Shown: positions 47,093 through 58,799 of the stretch, in pieces
Layout of the letters: every line of letters starts with the position of its first letter
Numbering within the stretch: the stretch's first letter is position 1
DNA from: Oikopleura dioica
Taxonomy: Eukaryota > Animalia > Chordata
NCBI GenBank assembly: GCA_907165135.1
Contig: OU015567.1
Coordinates: 5,394,001-5,458,000 of the forward strand
DNA length: 64,000 bases
Reading direction: 5' to 3'
Translations under genes and position numbers: made by a program
Notes under the pieces: model-generated
Seen by the model: only the letters and a program-made list of their open reading frames with translations
Told to the model about the DNA's origin: nothing
Databases searched by the model: none

Positions 47093-47981
47093 TAATGAAA
47101 AATTATAATTTTAAACTTACTCGTTCAATCACAGCCGTTCTTGCCGCTTGTGCGATTTTCTTCTTTGAGGTCGATGATTTTGTCGCGCATTGTTTTCGCA
47201 CGAATTTTTGCACTGAAATATGGGTCTTATTTATCAACCAAAAAGTTATTTTCCCGATATCTAAGGTGACGTGGAAATAAGAGCAATCCTCCGACCCTCC
47301 CAAATTTCACTTACTTTTCGTGAGTTTCTTCGTTTTTGATGATTTCTTCGCCATCTTCTCAATATTTATCTCTAAAAGAATAGAATTTAAATTATCTTAT
47401 TCTAATTTATCTATATATCTAATAATTTTGATCAGAAAACGAAGATTTTTGAAATTTTTCCTAACAAAAATAACAATACTAGAGATTTTATGCATTCCAG
47501 GTAAACAATTTATCAACTAGAGATTTTTCGGGCTTTGGTTTCATTCCAATATTATAACGTCTAGAGACTTTTTTTTTACTTACCAACGGATAAGAATTGC
47601 GAGAGGAGATAGAGTTTAACCAACTCATGTCATTTTCTCCGATTTATTCTTTGACGATTCTGCTCATATTTGATCTGTGAAAAGTAAAGGCTTTGATGAT
47701 CTGAAATCCGAAGAAACTTTTGAAAAAGCTTTATCCATTCAGATTGTAGCGCATTCTGAAAAGTAGGGCACGGCAAGGCGCTGGGCGAGCGAGGCGCCGC
47801 ACGCCAATTTCATGTTCAACCCTTAGGTTGTTCAAGATTACTGTAATTAATAAACAGTACAAAACAAAAGAAACAAAAAGTGCCGGGGTCCGAGCAAAAT
47901 CGGTCCGAACAAAGGGTCAACTTCCGGCGGGAACAATGGGCTCAACCCTCGGCCGGAACAATGGGTCAACCCTTGGTGGAG

Positions 47982-48030
47982 GACAAAAGGATCCATGTTG
48001 CTCGGACCCCGGCACTAAATTCTAACTACT
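47982..48030 (-). repeat. Right terminal inverted repeat (49 bp)
   Basis: Exact reverse complement of 18156-18204. Confidence 0.97.
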
Positions 48031-49239
48031 CCAGTGCCACCAAGCAAAAGTAAATTTCCGCTCGGAAGCCCGACCAAGACATGACCATGAATACCGCTTA
48101 AAATAATTTCTATGATAAAAAGTAATTCATCTTACCTTATTGGTGGATTTCCAATCACACTCCATCCATTTTTTGTTAGTGTTTCCACTTTCCTCGTGTC
48201 GCTAGACCAAATAGAACCAACAGTGGTCGGCTGATTTTTATAAAACCCAAGTTTTCCCCATCCATGCCCGTAATTCGAGGACATTGTGGACGTTGAACTC
48301 GTTCCATCAAAAATTTCGCAGTGCTTCTTATTGGAAACAATCGAAAAGCAGAGCAAGACTGAAATTTATATTTTTCATTTGATATTTAAAATGAATAATT
48401 TTACAAAAATTTCGCTTATTTACCTCGAGAGTCGTCGTCAATAGAAAGAGCCGCACTTGCCCAATCTATATCATTCAAGAGCCTTTCCGATTTTTCTTTA
48501 AAACTGCATGCTTCAAGAACAGCAATCTAAAGTTTAAATTTTCTCTCGAAATGAGAAGTAATTATCAAACCTTCCTTTTGTCCGAAGAGCCGCCGAAAAT
48601 ATACAATTGATTTCTAATAAGCGCATGCTGAACAGATTGAAAATAGTTCCCATTTGGAGCGGTTATAGTTGCAGAAACTTTTGAATTTCCATCTCCAGAA
48701 ATCACATAAGCTTCCGAGTTTCGAATAACGAGAATGAATATTTCGCTCTTAAATTTTTTTTCAATTGACAAAAAATACTCTGACTTTCATAGAATTACCG
48801 GAAGGACAGGTTCGCCAGTTGTTATTGAATTGGGGACAATACAAAGATCATCATAGGTACTGTTTTGATAGCAGTCCCTCATAAAATCCTGCGAAGTAAT
48901 ATTATTTTTCTCAGCCGCATGTTGACAAAGAATATATTTTTTCTAAATCTAAAAAAGGAGAAATATTAATGTTTGTGTTACCAAAAGTGGTTCAGACACG
49001 CTGATGTCGTCATAAACTTCATTAAACTCTCTGGAGTTGCATGTTTCCTCAATACATTCGCGCTCAAAATTTCCAGCATTCCAGACTTCTTCGAATCTTT
49101 CATTAGCTCTACGGTTTCGCAAAAAAGTATTCGCTTTCTCCCTTGAAAGCTCATCATTCGTTGTCTGTTGAGTCTTTTCGAAAGCTCGTGCATTTGCTGC
49201 CCATGCTAATTTTAAAAAGATCAAAGATAGAAAATTCAT
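48031..49239 (-). pseudogene. Paralogue C, 5' part: signal peptide, propeptide, Gla domain and Kelch blades
   Basis: MNFLSLIFLKLAWAANA, then LSREKANTFLRNRR, then ANERFEEVWNAGNFERECIEETCNSREFNEVYDD (Gla pattern LERECxEExC..EE..E). It splices in frame to KKYILC... and then to the Kelch exons. Confidence 0.85.
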
Positions 49240-49561
49240 TTTGTCTGATAGAATGGTCTTCGCCACAGGTCGAATATGCGACTGCGATAAGCTTCGTAAT
49301 GCCCTTGACACCCCAGAATGGCCTCAATCATCTTTTATCAAACAATCGTCTATTTTTAAGGTAAGAGTCGTCTATACCGTATAGACTATACGGAAAATTT
49401 TCGAGATAAATAATTTTGACCACATCAAAATCTTAAACTTTTTTGTACTTTAAGCTTTTCTCGATTGGTCCATGTTAAACCCGATAAAAATCGAGTTTAA
49501 CTTTGAGCATAAATGTTTAAAATCACGCTTTTGCACAAATATATTAGAGAAAAAAAGGAAA

Positions 49562-50493
49562 ATGGAAGGTATTGGAGGCGGTTTGGGGAGAACAGGAACG
49601 TCGAGCATTCAGCTGGCTCTAGAAAAATTTGGACTTTGGTTTGAACGAGTCTTTATTGCACCGATTTCTTACCATCCCGTGTTATCATATGAACCAGAAC
49701 TTTGTGCACAACCTTGGCGAGCTCTGGAATCAAGTCGAAGAAGGAAAACCGATAGAGCTCCGAGAAACAGCTTTGCGAAAAATCTTCGATGAAAAAGGAT
49801 ACAGATCATCTGCCGACTACCCCGCTTGCTCGTTCTTTAAAGATCTTCTGCGAATGAACCCAAAAGCCAAGGTCCTTCTCTCCGTCCGCGACAAGCCGGA
49901 GGACTGGTACAAATCAGTTCACTCGACGATTTTTGTCCGCCAAACAGGAGGAGATGCCCCGCTTCATCAGAAAATCTTTCCTTTTGGGCTTCATGAATGG
50001 ATCTTGAAACCAATTCCATGGCTCCCAGACGCGGTAAGATCGATTTTTCGAGTCAAAATGATAATATTTTTAGTCATCTGATAAACTTGGCAAAATAATT
50101 ATGCGAATGTTTCTCGGAAAACCTCATGACTTTTCGCAAAAAGGTCTTGAAAACGCGTACACGGAATGGAATGAACACGTGATCTCGAAAGTCCCGCAAG
50201 ACCAACTTTTAGGTACATCATTCTCCCTCGAATCCCTTCAATTTTCTTCAGTTTTTAATGTCAAAGAAGGCTGGGAACCACTCTGCCGCTTCCTGAATAA
50301 GCCGATTCCGAATGAACCCTTTCCGAATACAAATAAGAAATCAGATGTTGATGATGAATCTGTCACGAAAGAAATTATTACCCTCGGATCTGTCGTTGTT
50401 TTCTACGGAGGTATTGCTTTCCTCGGATTTCTCTCATACAAGCATGATTTAAAAGGGTCTCTGACTCGAGGTCTTGGTCTGTTAAATACATAA
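49562..50493 (+). CDS. Sulfotransferase-family protein, copy 2, probably degenerate
   Basis: Close paralogue of 16660-17598. The first acceptor AG is missing (ccatc-ccgtgt versus ctatcagcccatgt) and VIGAG has become GIGGG. Confidence 0.7.
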
Positions 50494-50690
50494 ACTTTCC
50501 TCAAAATTCCCATTCCTTTATTGCTGCCGGAATCTGAATCCTTGGCCGCCTGAAAAAAATGATCCTTTCCTTCAAGAACTCAATTTCATTTAAAAAATAG
50601 ATAAAAAAAAACAAATTTCGTAAATATTATTTTTTCAGTTCTTTTTATTAAAAACATGCACGCAAGAAACAGATGAAAGCGAGTAGATAT

Positions 50691-52530
50691 TCAAGTGCAA
50701 AATCCAGCGGAGACTTGAAACAAGACAGGTATGTCTTCAGTACCGCTATGATTGCCAATTATTTCGGAGCTTTTAATTTCGTCTTCGTCCATGTCGACTC
50801 TTTCAAGGGGGTAATTGACTCCATAACCGGGGATGAGGAATATCGAACCGTTGATTTGGAGAGACGAATGATTGTCGATAGCCTCAAAACACGTTTAAAA
50901 AGCGTACAAATTAAAGCAAATGGAAAGTTCAATGACAGACTCATCGACCCATCAAATTTGATAATGAATCATAAACTTACGTTTTTTAAAGTTCCAGTTC
51001 GCGACCAGGAGTCGTTAGAAAGAAGCCAGACATGATCCAATCTACTACCTCCAACAAGCATAACTCCACCAAGCATGAGTAAATTTCCGCTCTGAAGCCC
51101 GACCAAGACATGACCCCAAGTACCGCTAAAAATAATTTCGATAATTAAAGATTATTGATTGTACCTTATTGGTGGATCTCCAATCACACTCCATCCATTG
51201 TTTGTCAGTGTTTCCACTTTCGGCGTGTCGTAATAAGAACCAACAGTGGTGGCTTGATTTTTATACAACCCAAGTCTTCCAAGACCATGCCCGTAATTCG
51301 AGGATGTCGTGGACGTTGAACTCGATCCATCAAAAATTTCGCAGTGCTTCTTATTGGAACCAGCCGAGAAGCAGATCAATACTGAAATTTTCATTTTTCA
51401 TCTGATATTTAAAACCGATAATTAGACAAAAATTTCGCTAATTTACCTCGCGAATTGCCGTGAATAGAAAGAGCAGCACTTGCGTAGTCTATATCATTCA
51501 AAAGCTTCTCCGATCTTTGCTCAAAATTGCATCCTTCAAGAACAGCAATCTAAAGTTTAAATTATCTTTAAAAAATATCAAGTATTTATCAAACCTTTTT
51601 TCTGTCCGAATAGCCACCAAAAATAAACAACTGATTTCCAATGAGCGCATGCTGAGGCCACTTCGCATAATCATCAGCTGGAGCGGTGATTGTTGCAGAA
51701 ACTTTTGAATTTCCATCTCCAGAAATCACATATGCGTCAGAAATCGAGTAACGAAGGACGAGAATGGACATTTCGCTCTTAAATTTTTTGATTGATTAAA
51801 AATTATACAAAGAGTTTACCGGATCAAGAGGCTGTTGAGTTGTTGGTGGAGATGTTGTCGACGATGTTCCCTAGGAAAAATTGAATAAGACTGAGCAAAT
51901 AATTTATTGTTACCTGAGACTGAAAGCAAGGGCAAGCAGTCATCCTTTCTCGATGTCCAGAGCAACAATTTTCATGGCAGGTGTCGGTCGGCTCACATGT
52001 TTTCATGCAAGCAGTCTGAAAGAAAAAATATCAACTCAAAGTTCAATTCCTCAATCAAACCAGCTCATCGAGTGAGTCATTCAAGCAGGATTTGTACTCG
52101 GGGTTGTTCTGCTCCGCATCTGCGCATTTCCCGATACAAAGAGGGTGTTCTTCGCACTCGACGCAGCCAGTTGGACAGTCAGTTCCGCAAGGGCACGAAT
52201 TGTCGCAAGCTAGATGTTTTTTTTGTTTTTGATTGAAAATGGAAATTTACCGGAGAAATTTGCCAAGCACGTCGAGTGACATAAAGACGAGTCGCAGGAA
52301 GAGAGGCAGTCCAAGTACCTCAGTCTGCAAATTGCCAAGCATTCCTCGTAGAGAGGGCGATCGCTTGAAATAAATATGATAAATGATTCGTAAAAATGTC
52401 TTTTGAGCCCTGATTCAGGTTTTCTACACAGTTTTCCCGACCAAAAATCCCTTCGTTTGAATACTTACATGCATAATTCCTCCTTTTCTCCAAGCATTCT
52501 CGAAAGAGCCGCCGTCCCAGCATGAGAATC
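50691..52530 (-). CDS. Paralogue D: Cys-rich repeats, Thr linker and Kelch-type propeller (5' end probably extends to about 53150)
   Basis: CDNSCPCGTDCPTGCVECEEHPLC and CMKTCEPTDTCHENCC...CPC, then GTSSTTSPPTTQQPLDP, then SEMSILVLRYSISDAYVISGDG; stop at 50691. Confidence 0.7.
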
Positions 52531-53186
52531 TCTTGAAAAGAAGAAAATTACGGTAAAAAACAGAGGAAAAAACATTTTTTCCTCGCAGTCGAGTGACGGC
52601 TTTGTTGTAGAAACGCGTCGTTTTCCGTAATTTTTATTGAATGGGAATTCAAACCGCGGCGTCTCAAGAACGATGATATTTACTTCCGATTATTGTTTGA
52701 TTTCTTGAAATGAAACGAAAATACCGTAGATGTTGAAGAAAATCAGAATAATAATAAATTTACGAGAGCTCATTTGAGTGGTTATTTTATTTGACAATTT
52801 TATTTGACAAAGCCATGGCTTTGGAATAACTTCAAAAGAATTTATTGGTAGTTTGTTTAATTTTCTTGGCCATCCGATCATTTCCACCTTTGAAAAAACT
52901 GGCAACCTTGAGACTCTAAGACAAAGTATTTGGATATGTGGCTTTGTCGGCGCTCTCGTAAGTCGAAGTAGTTTTATTGAAAACTAGCCTGACCCTTTTT
53001 CGTCTAATGATTTTTATTTAGCCGCTTGTATTGCACCTGCCATTTGCGTTCGAAATTGGACCTGAATGGTTTCTGAAACTTGATGAAAGAAGAAAGCAGA
53101 AGATGAAAACCAATGCTTCAGAAAATAATGAAGAGACAAATAAAGACATTTTATGATTATTCATGTATTATGCAGTTTTTCTTTAA

Positions 53187-53706
53187 CCTTAGCCGGCCAG
53201 GGTGCACCATCTATGGAACAGGGGTCAAAGAATTAGGTCTCCCACCGAAGTGATTTTGAGTTGCGAAAAACGGAAGAAACTGTAGGGGTATTTATCGATA
53301 AGCTACCCTTAGGTTACCTTTCGACTACCCTTGGTTAGGGTTAGGGTTCGGAAATAGGCTTTTTTTGAGAAAAGCTGCATGCACCATGTATGGTGCATTG
53401 CTACAATGGCGCCGACACCACTGATGGTGCTTTTGGCCGGTAGGCAGTATTTTTCGCCGAAAAATTCGCCGAATAGTCTCCCTTTTCGAATTGGAAGACT
53501 TTATCTGATGCTGAAACCCAAACCTTAATCCGCACCCAAACCCAAAGTAAAACCCAAAGCCTAACACTAACAAAGAAGCCAAAAACAAACCCAAAGACGT
53601 ACGTTATGGGCTTTGAGTTGAATTTTTCAAGAATATAAGCATGTGATGCACCATACATGGTGCATTTGGCCGGTAGGGTCAGAAATGACATTTTGGCCGG
53701 CTAAGG
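53187..53706. mobile_element. 520-bp non-autonomous piggyBac-like element
   Basis: TTAA|CCTTAGCCGGCCA...TGGCCGGCTAAGG|TTAA (13-bp TIR, TTAA TSD, CC start), with internal tgcaccat..atggtgca palindromes. Confidence 0.75.
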
Positions 53707-54230
53707 TTAAATACATATTAAAATGGTCTTAGGATTTGCAACAGAGTTTTTTCTTGAGCTTGAAGAGTGACAGTACATCAAGTTAGAGAAACAAAGACCA
53801 ATAATCTAAAATTACTTTCAATAATTCCAAAAATAACACCGAAACCTACCAAAAAAGAAATCATGCCCACGGGAATCATGAGGACTAACCTCAATGAATG
53901 ACCAAAATCCTCTCTTTCTTGAACATGATCAAGCGAATGTTCAAAGTATTCTCTACTCATCTCTTCTTCTGTCTCTTTTTCAACCATCAATCTTTCTGTA
54001 ACATCATTTCGAATTCTCTCTTTACTTTTTCCCAGCAAGTCTGCTGAATATATTCTGCCAAGTCAGCGGAAAATCTCCTTTTTTCCCATTCGTTTGCCTT
54101 TAAATTTGAGTTTGCCATTAGTTATCGACTTTTTTCCCCGTGAACTCGTCATTTTTAAGCAACTCCGAACTAATTAGTTTTTTTTTAAAGAAAAAAGATA
54201 ATTTTTTTTCACAATTTATTTTTTTTTTGT

Positions 54231-54914
54231 CTAGCAATATTCAAGCTGGACGCAAACTTTTTGCTGGTCCGCGTTCATGATCGCTTTTCTAGCGTCTTCT
54301 TCGTGTCCTTTGAGTTCCTGGTAGCAAACTCTGGATTCGAACTTGCCGGTTTCTTCGCAGAGTCCTTTGACGATCGCGTCGAAGATTTGAGCGAAGTGGG
54401 GAGGGTCGTATCGAGCGATCAGGCGGAGATCGGTCATGAAGTTCAAACACGCTAAAAACGAGAAAATGATTGAAAACTATAAAATTTCCTTACCGGTGCA
54501 GTCAGGGTCATCTTGTTGATAAAATCTGACGATGGAGTTCTGGCACATCGTAATTTCAGTACAGTACTGCTTGGAATCCTCATCTCGAATCTTTTCCAAG
54601 TACTTTTTGAATGCTCCGCCGGCGATTGTCTCGCAAATCGACTGAATTTCGACCCTCAGTAAGAAAAACCAAGGGCCTTTTACCTGAAGATTTCCAGCTG
54701 AGGAACACTCTTGCTTGAGCATATTGACGTAGTCGTCGATTAGGTGGGGGTTCTTTTTGCACTCGTCTTTGTAAGCATTGTCGAAGGCCTCAAAAATGAT
54801 AGAGGAATGGTTCTGAAGATTTTGACTTACGATACAGTCAGCACAGTTCTTCGGCTCCGGTGGTGCCTGAGCTGAAACGAGAGCGAGGGAAGCAAGTGTC
54901 TGGAAAAGTTTCAT
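54231..54914 (-). CDS. Secreted saposin-like protein with two saposin B-type domains
   Basis: Signal MKLFQTLASLALVSA. Two six-Cys sets start CADC and (after splicing) CTAC, ending YCTEITMC and VCVQLEYC*. Short GT-AG introns. Confidence 0.75.
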
Positions 54915-56019
54915 TCTGACCTTGTTTTCAAAGCCGAAAATTGTTCGTTTGTTGAGAAAGTGGAACACACCTCCGGATATGGAAGTAGCAGATTGTTTCT
55001 TCACACGAGAATAAAATGAAGATTTATCATGAGGAAAAGGGCACGTGTTTCTGGGTCATGGAATGTTTCGACCGGCGTATTTGTACTGTAAATTCTTAAT
55101 TAATAAATTTAAATCAATTTAATTTAATATAATTGATTATGCATTTTTTACGAAATTTTCAGCTGCTAAATCGAACTCTCGTGACAATGAAATTACGATC
55201 TGATTCATTGAATCACGAAATTAATTCTCGAAAATTAAAGCGACCACAAAATGTCGTAAAACACGCCAAATCATGGCTTCCTATTTAATTGTCTCAGCTG
55301 CCAAGCTCTATCTGCAGATCGAAAATATAATTCTAAGCGTATTTGAATTAGTTGATTTTTATTTTATTTCGCGCGGCGGGAAATTTATTATCCGGATCTG
55401 AGTACTCTTTTCGAACCGCGCTGAAATTGCTCATTTGCGCGCAGCTCATTTTGAGTTTCGGTTGAACCAAAAAGAGATATAAAAAAAGAAAGAAAAAAAC
55501 CAACGAAAAAAACACGATTATTATTCACGAAAAAAATGGAGTCCTTGGAGAGAATGCGAGAAATAGAGAGTGATATTTCGAGAATGGTCAGGAACAGTTC
55601 AAAATTCAATAAAATTGAGAAAATAAGGGTGTCTCAACTTTAAAATATAAATTTTTTTTTTCGTCTTTTTTTGAAGAACATGTCGAAATCTAGGGCTTAA
55701 CCAATTCATGGGAGTGAATTTTTAGATAACCAATAAGATTGCTGTATTTGCCCTTCCGGCCAATCAAAACCCTGACCCGTCAAATCACTTCCATAAATTG
55801 GTGAACCCGAAAATCTTTTGATAATGCTTTATGGTTTTGGTAAGTTTGGTGGTTAGTTTTGGATTTTGCGATTAACTCGCCGGCAAATGAGTAAGTTGCT
55901 CGTTCTAGTAGTAGTGAGCAAAAAGCGCTGACAATAAAACTTTTTACGATCTGAGAAAAGCCTCGTGAATTCTAACCTAAATAAAACTTCAAGTATCTTG
56001 AACTTTCTGAAAAAGTTCC

Positions 56020-57040
56020 ATGAAAATCCGCGATCCGGACTCGATGCGACTCCATTCCCAGTCTTTCCACAGCAACTACAGTTCCTACAGTATCGATTAT
56101 CCAGTTGAACAGTCGTCGTCAAGAAGTCGCGTTTCCAGATCAAGAACTCTTCCTGTCCAAGCAACGAGGCCAGAAGTCGAGAATCGAAGAAGCGAAACTG
56201 AGTCGACTGACAATCGTTATCGCTTCAGATTTCAGTCGGTTATCACGAATGAAAGACAAATTGGATTTTCCGCTGCGGATTGGAGCTCAAATTTTAATGT
56301 AAGAATAAGGCCTTTTTTGTCGAATCAAAAAGCTGAAAAAATATGGTCTACCAATCAAAATACTTGATTTTCAATCGGGTTAAAAAGTAAAAACTGAGGG
56401 TTCTGATTGACAATTCTCATTTTTAAACACTTTCTAAGGACCAATCAAAAAAATCCAAAAAGTCGATTGACCAATCAGAATCTCAAAATCTATTTTTTAT
56501 AAAATCAACTTTGAAAATATTCACTCCCGCCAGATTCCATCAAAAATCGAAATCAGAGCTTCTGATTGGCTCAACCCATCTTTTGGGCTTTTTCATTGGC
56601 CGCTAGAAAATCAGCTCATTTCTTGTCGTTCAGACCTACAAACCGCCTGTCGTGCCAAAAGAGCCAAACAATGCGCCGGCTAGTCGCAAATTATTCGAAG
56701 AGGCTTGTGAAGCCCCGGAACCGCATCAAAGGTTAGCACTCACACCTGTCAAAATGAATTTCCTCTTCTTGGATTTTCCCACCTCTCTCCCGATCCATAA
56801 ATATCGTTTAGCGACGAGTACGAGCTGGAAAAAGTCGTTTCAAAGATCAACTTTTCTTCCTCTCAATACGCTGACCTGACGACTTGCAAGACCTGCCACG
56901 GCGATTTGAAGGACGCTTTTTGCTTTATTCCGTGCGGTCACGTGATTTGCAGCGAATGCGCTTTCGGAGATCATGGAGGAAGATGCACAAGATGTTGGAA
57001 GGAGATTTCTTCGACCAACCGGGTCTATCTTTTTGGCTAG
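56020..57040 (+). CDS. 3-exon protein with C-terminal RING-HC finger (putative E3 ligase)
   Basis: The last exon reads CKTCHGDLKDAFCFIPCGHVICSECAFGDHGGRCTRCWKEI...* (C3HC4), in a frame the track does not report. It is spliced to a Ser/Arg-rich N-terminus. Confidence 0.82.
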
Positions 57041-58237
57041 AAAAATTTTCTCGGGCTGAGATTCTAGAATTCGAAAATGTTGAATATGCCCTGCTTTTTT
57101 TCTTCGCTGTTTATATTTTCTGCTTTAAATTCTGCAAAAAAAAACTAAATAAATAATTTTGTAAAAAAAAAATTGATGAAAATTTAAAAAGAGAAGATTT
57201 TTCCCACTTCTTCACATTCCCAAAATCAGCTTTTCCGCAAGTGACGGAAAATCATGTTCACGGAAAAAGAGCCACTCTTGAAATTTAATTAATGAAGTGT
57301 TCTGACATGTTTTTGGGACAAGAAATGCTACGGTTTGAGAAGAGTTGATAGTTGATAAGTTGAAAGCAAAGAAAATCATCATGTGAAAAAGCTAAAGACG
57401 TGTGGCATATCTTCTTCCGCTCTCAATTGCGCTGGAAGAGGAGATCGACGGACAAAAGGCATCGAGTACCCAGCTCGTTTCTAAAAGAAACATACACTGT
57501 ATCGTAAGATTTGTTTTGCAACCATTTGATGCATCTTTTCCTCCAGCTCTGCAGCATCGTATCTAAGAAAAATATTCAGGGGAGCTTATTTTTCGAATTG
57601 TTTTTACCTCCCAATAGCAGAAACAGCGGCAATAATTGCAAAAACTCCTCTAAAATTCATCTTTTTTAATTAAATTTTCGCGACTGCTCTTTCCTGAGAA
57701 ACGGGTCGAGCTTATAAAGTGAAAAAGATACGATCGATCACGCTTTTCGAGTATCTTTCGAGCATATTGGGAATATATTTTATTCAAAAATTGCTCTCCA
57801 GTTGGCGATTAGAGATAATATTATATTATCTTCACATTATTCATGACGCTAGAGAGGATGGCTTTACTGTATCTTACTGTTCTTAGAGCCGTCTATTTTT
57901 TATTTCCTCTCAATTGGCAAAAAAATACAATTATGTTGATTTTCTGAATAATTTTTATTTTAAAAATTGAAATAGACAGGAAAAACTCCGAAAAACGAGC
58001 TGAGTTTCATTTTTTTTTCAATAGAATTAAGCAAAATGCCAAGAGAGACGGAGAAAAAAATCAGCTGGGATTATTTCTCGGAAATATTTGTGAAATATTT
58101 CTCCAGGGCGATTTGGAAAAGCGGGGGATCGGGCGATATCTGGACGACTGAACTAGATGCTGAGCATTTTTATGAGGAGCTTTTAATGGGTGAGTGAAAT
58201 TTAGGAATGGCGATATGAATAACTATCAGAACGACAG

Positions 58238-58375
58238 TGCTGAAAATGTCACGAATGCTACGAATGTCACGAATGTCACGAAAACATGTTTCTTCTTCGT
58301 GACATTTTCAGCAAAATCGTGACTTTCGCGACATTCGTGACATTCTTGACACTCGTGACATTTTCAGTACTGATC
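58238..58375. repeat. Short palindromic repeat (ctgaaaatgtcacgaat family)
   Basis: ctgaaaatgtcacgaat...gtgacattttcag. Related sequences lie inside the Maverick at about 44470-44525 and 44890-44960. Confidence 0.6.
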
Positions 58376-58799
58376 TATTAGAATCGTGATTTTTATGAAT
58401 AAGGGTTCTTGAGGGTTATTTTATTATATTTATTTATAAATATAAAATTTTAAAATATTAAAAAAAATTAAAATGATTAATTAAGGAGATCATCAAGTTT
58501 TCGGGAAAAGAGGAGTAGCGATTTTGGGCAATCTCTTCATTGAACAAGACGAATATTACGAAAGAATAGTGGCTCTCAATGAAAAAAAATTTTAATTCTT
58601 TTAGAATTATAAAAATGAATTTTCACTCGAGCTTACTAAAGACACGGCCGAAATATCAGGAAACTGAAGGTTAAGGACGTCATCAAAGTGCTAGAATTTT
58701 CGATTCGCGAGAATTTGGATGAGCGCAATCAGCGACGCGGAAAAATGATGGGATGGGATCAGCTTGCCCCAGAGTTGCAAATTCTGATTTTTTTTTCCG

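Larger units (their letters stand above)
18156..48030. mobile_element. Complete Maverick/Polinton (endogenous polintovirus-like element), 29,875 bp
   Basis: Perfect 49-bp TIRs at 18156-18204 and 47982-48030 (AGTAGT...ACTACT), with TSD CCAGTG at 18150-18155 and 48031-48036. Contains pPolB, integrase, ATPase, protease and capsid genes. Confidence 0.97.

Noticed and set aside
39400-47800. A vestigial internal right TIR marking an older, shorter element end; also tRNA, rRNA or snRNA genes
   Set aside because: No match to the terminal AGTAGT/ACTACT sequence or any recognisable structural RNA was found by eye. A covariance-model search is needed to exclude them.
49472-50081. Track ORFs 49472-49792, 49629-50081 and 50673-51035 as separate genes
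   Set aside because: They are partial or antisense readings of the spliced sulfotransferase copy 2 and Kelch paralogue D.
53335-53346. Telomeric TTAGGG repeats
   Set aside because: Only two units, inside a piggyBac-like MITE.
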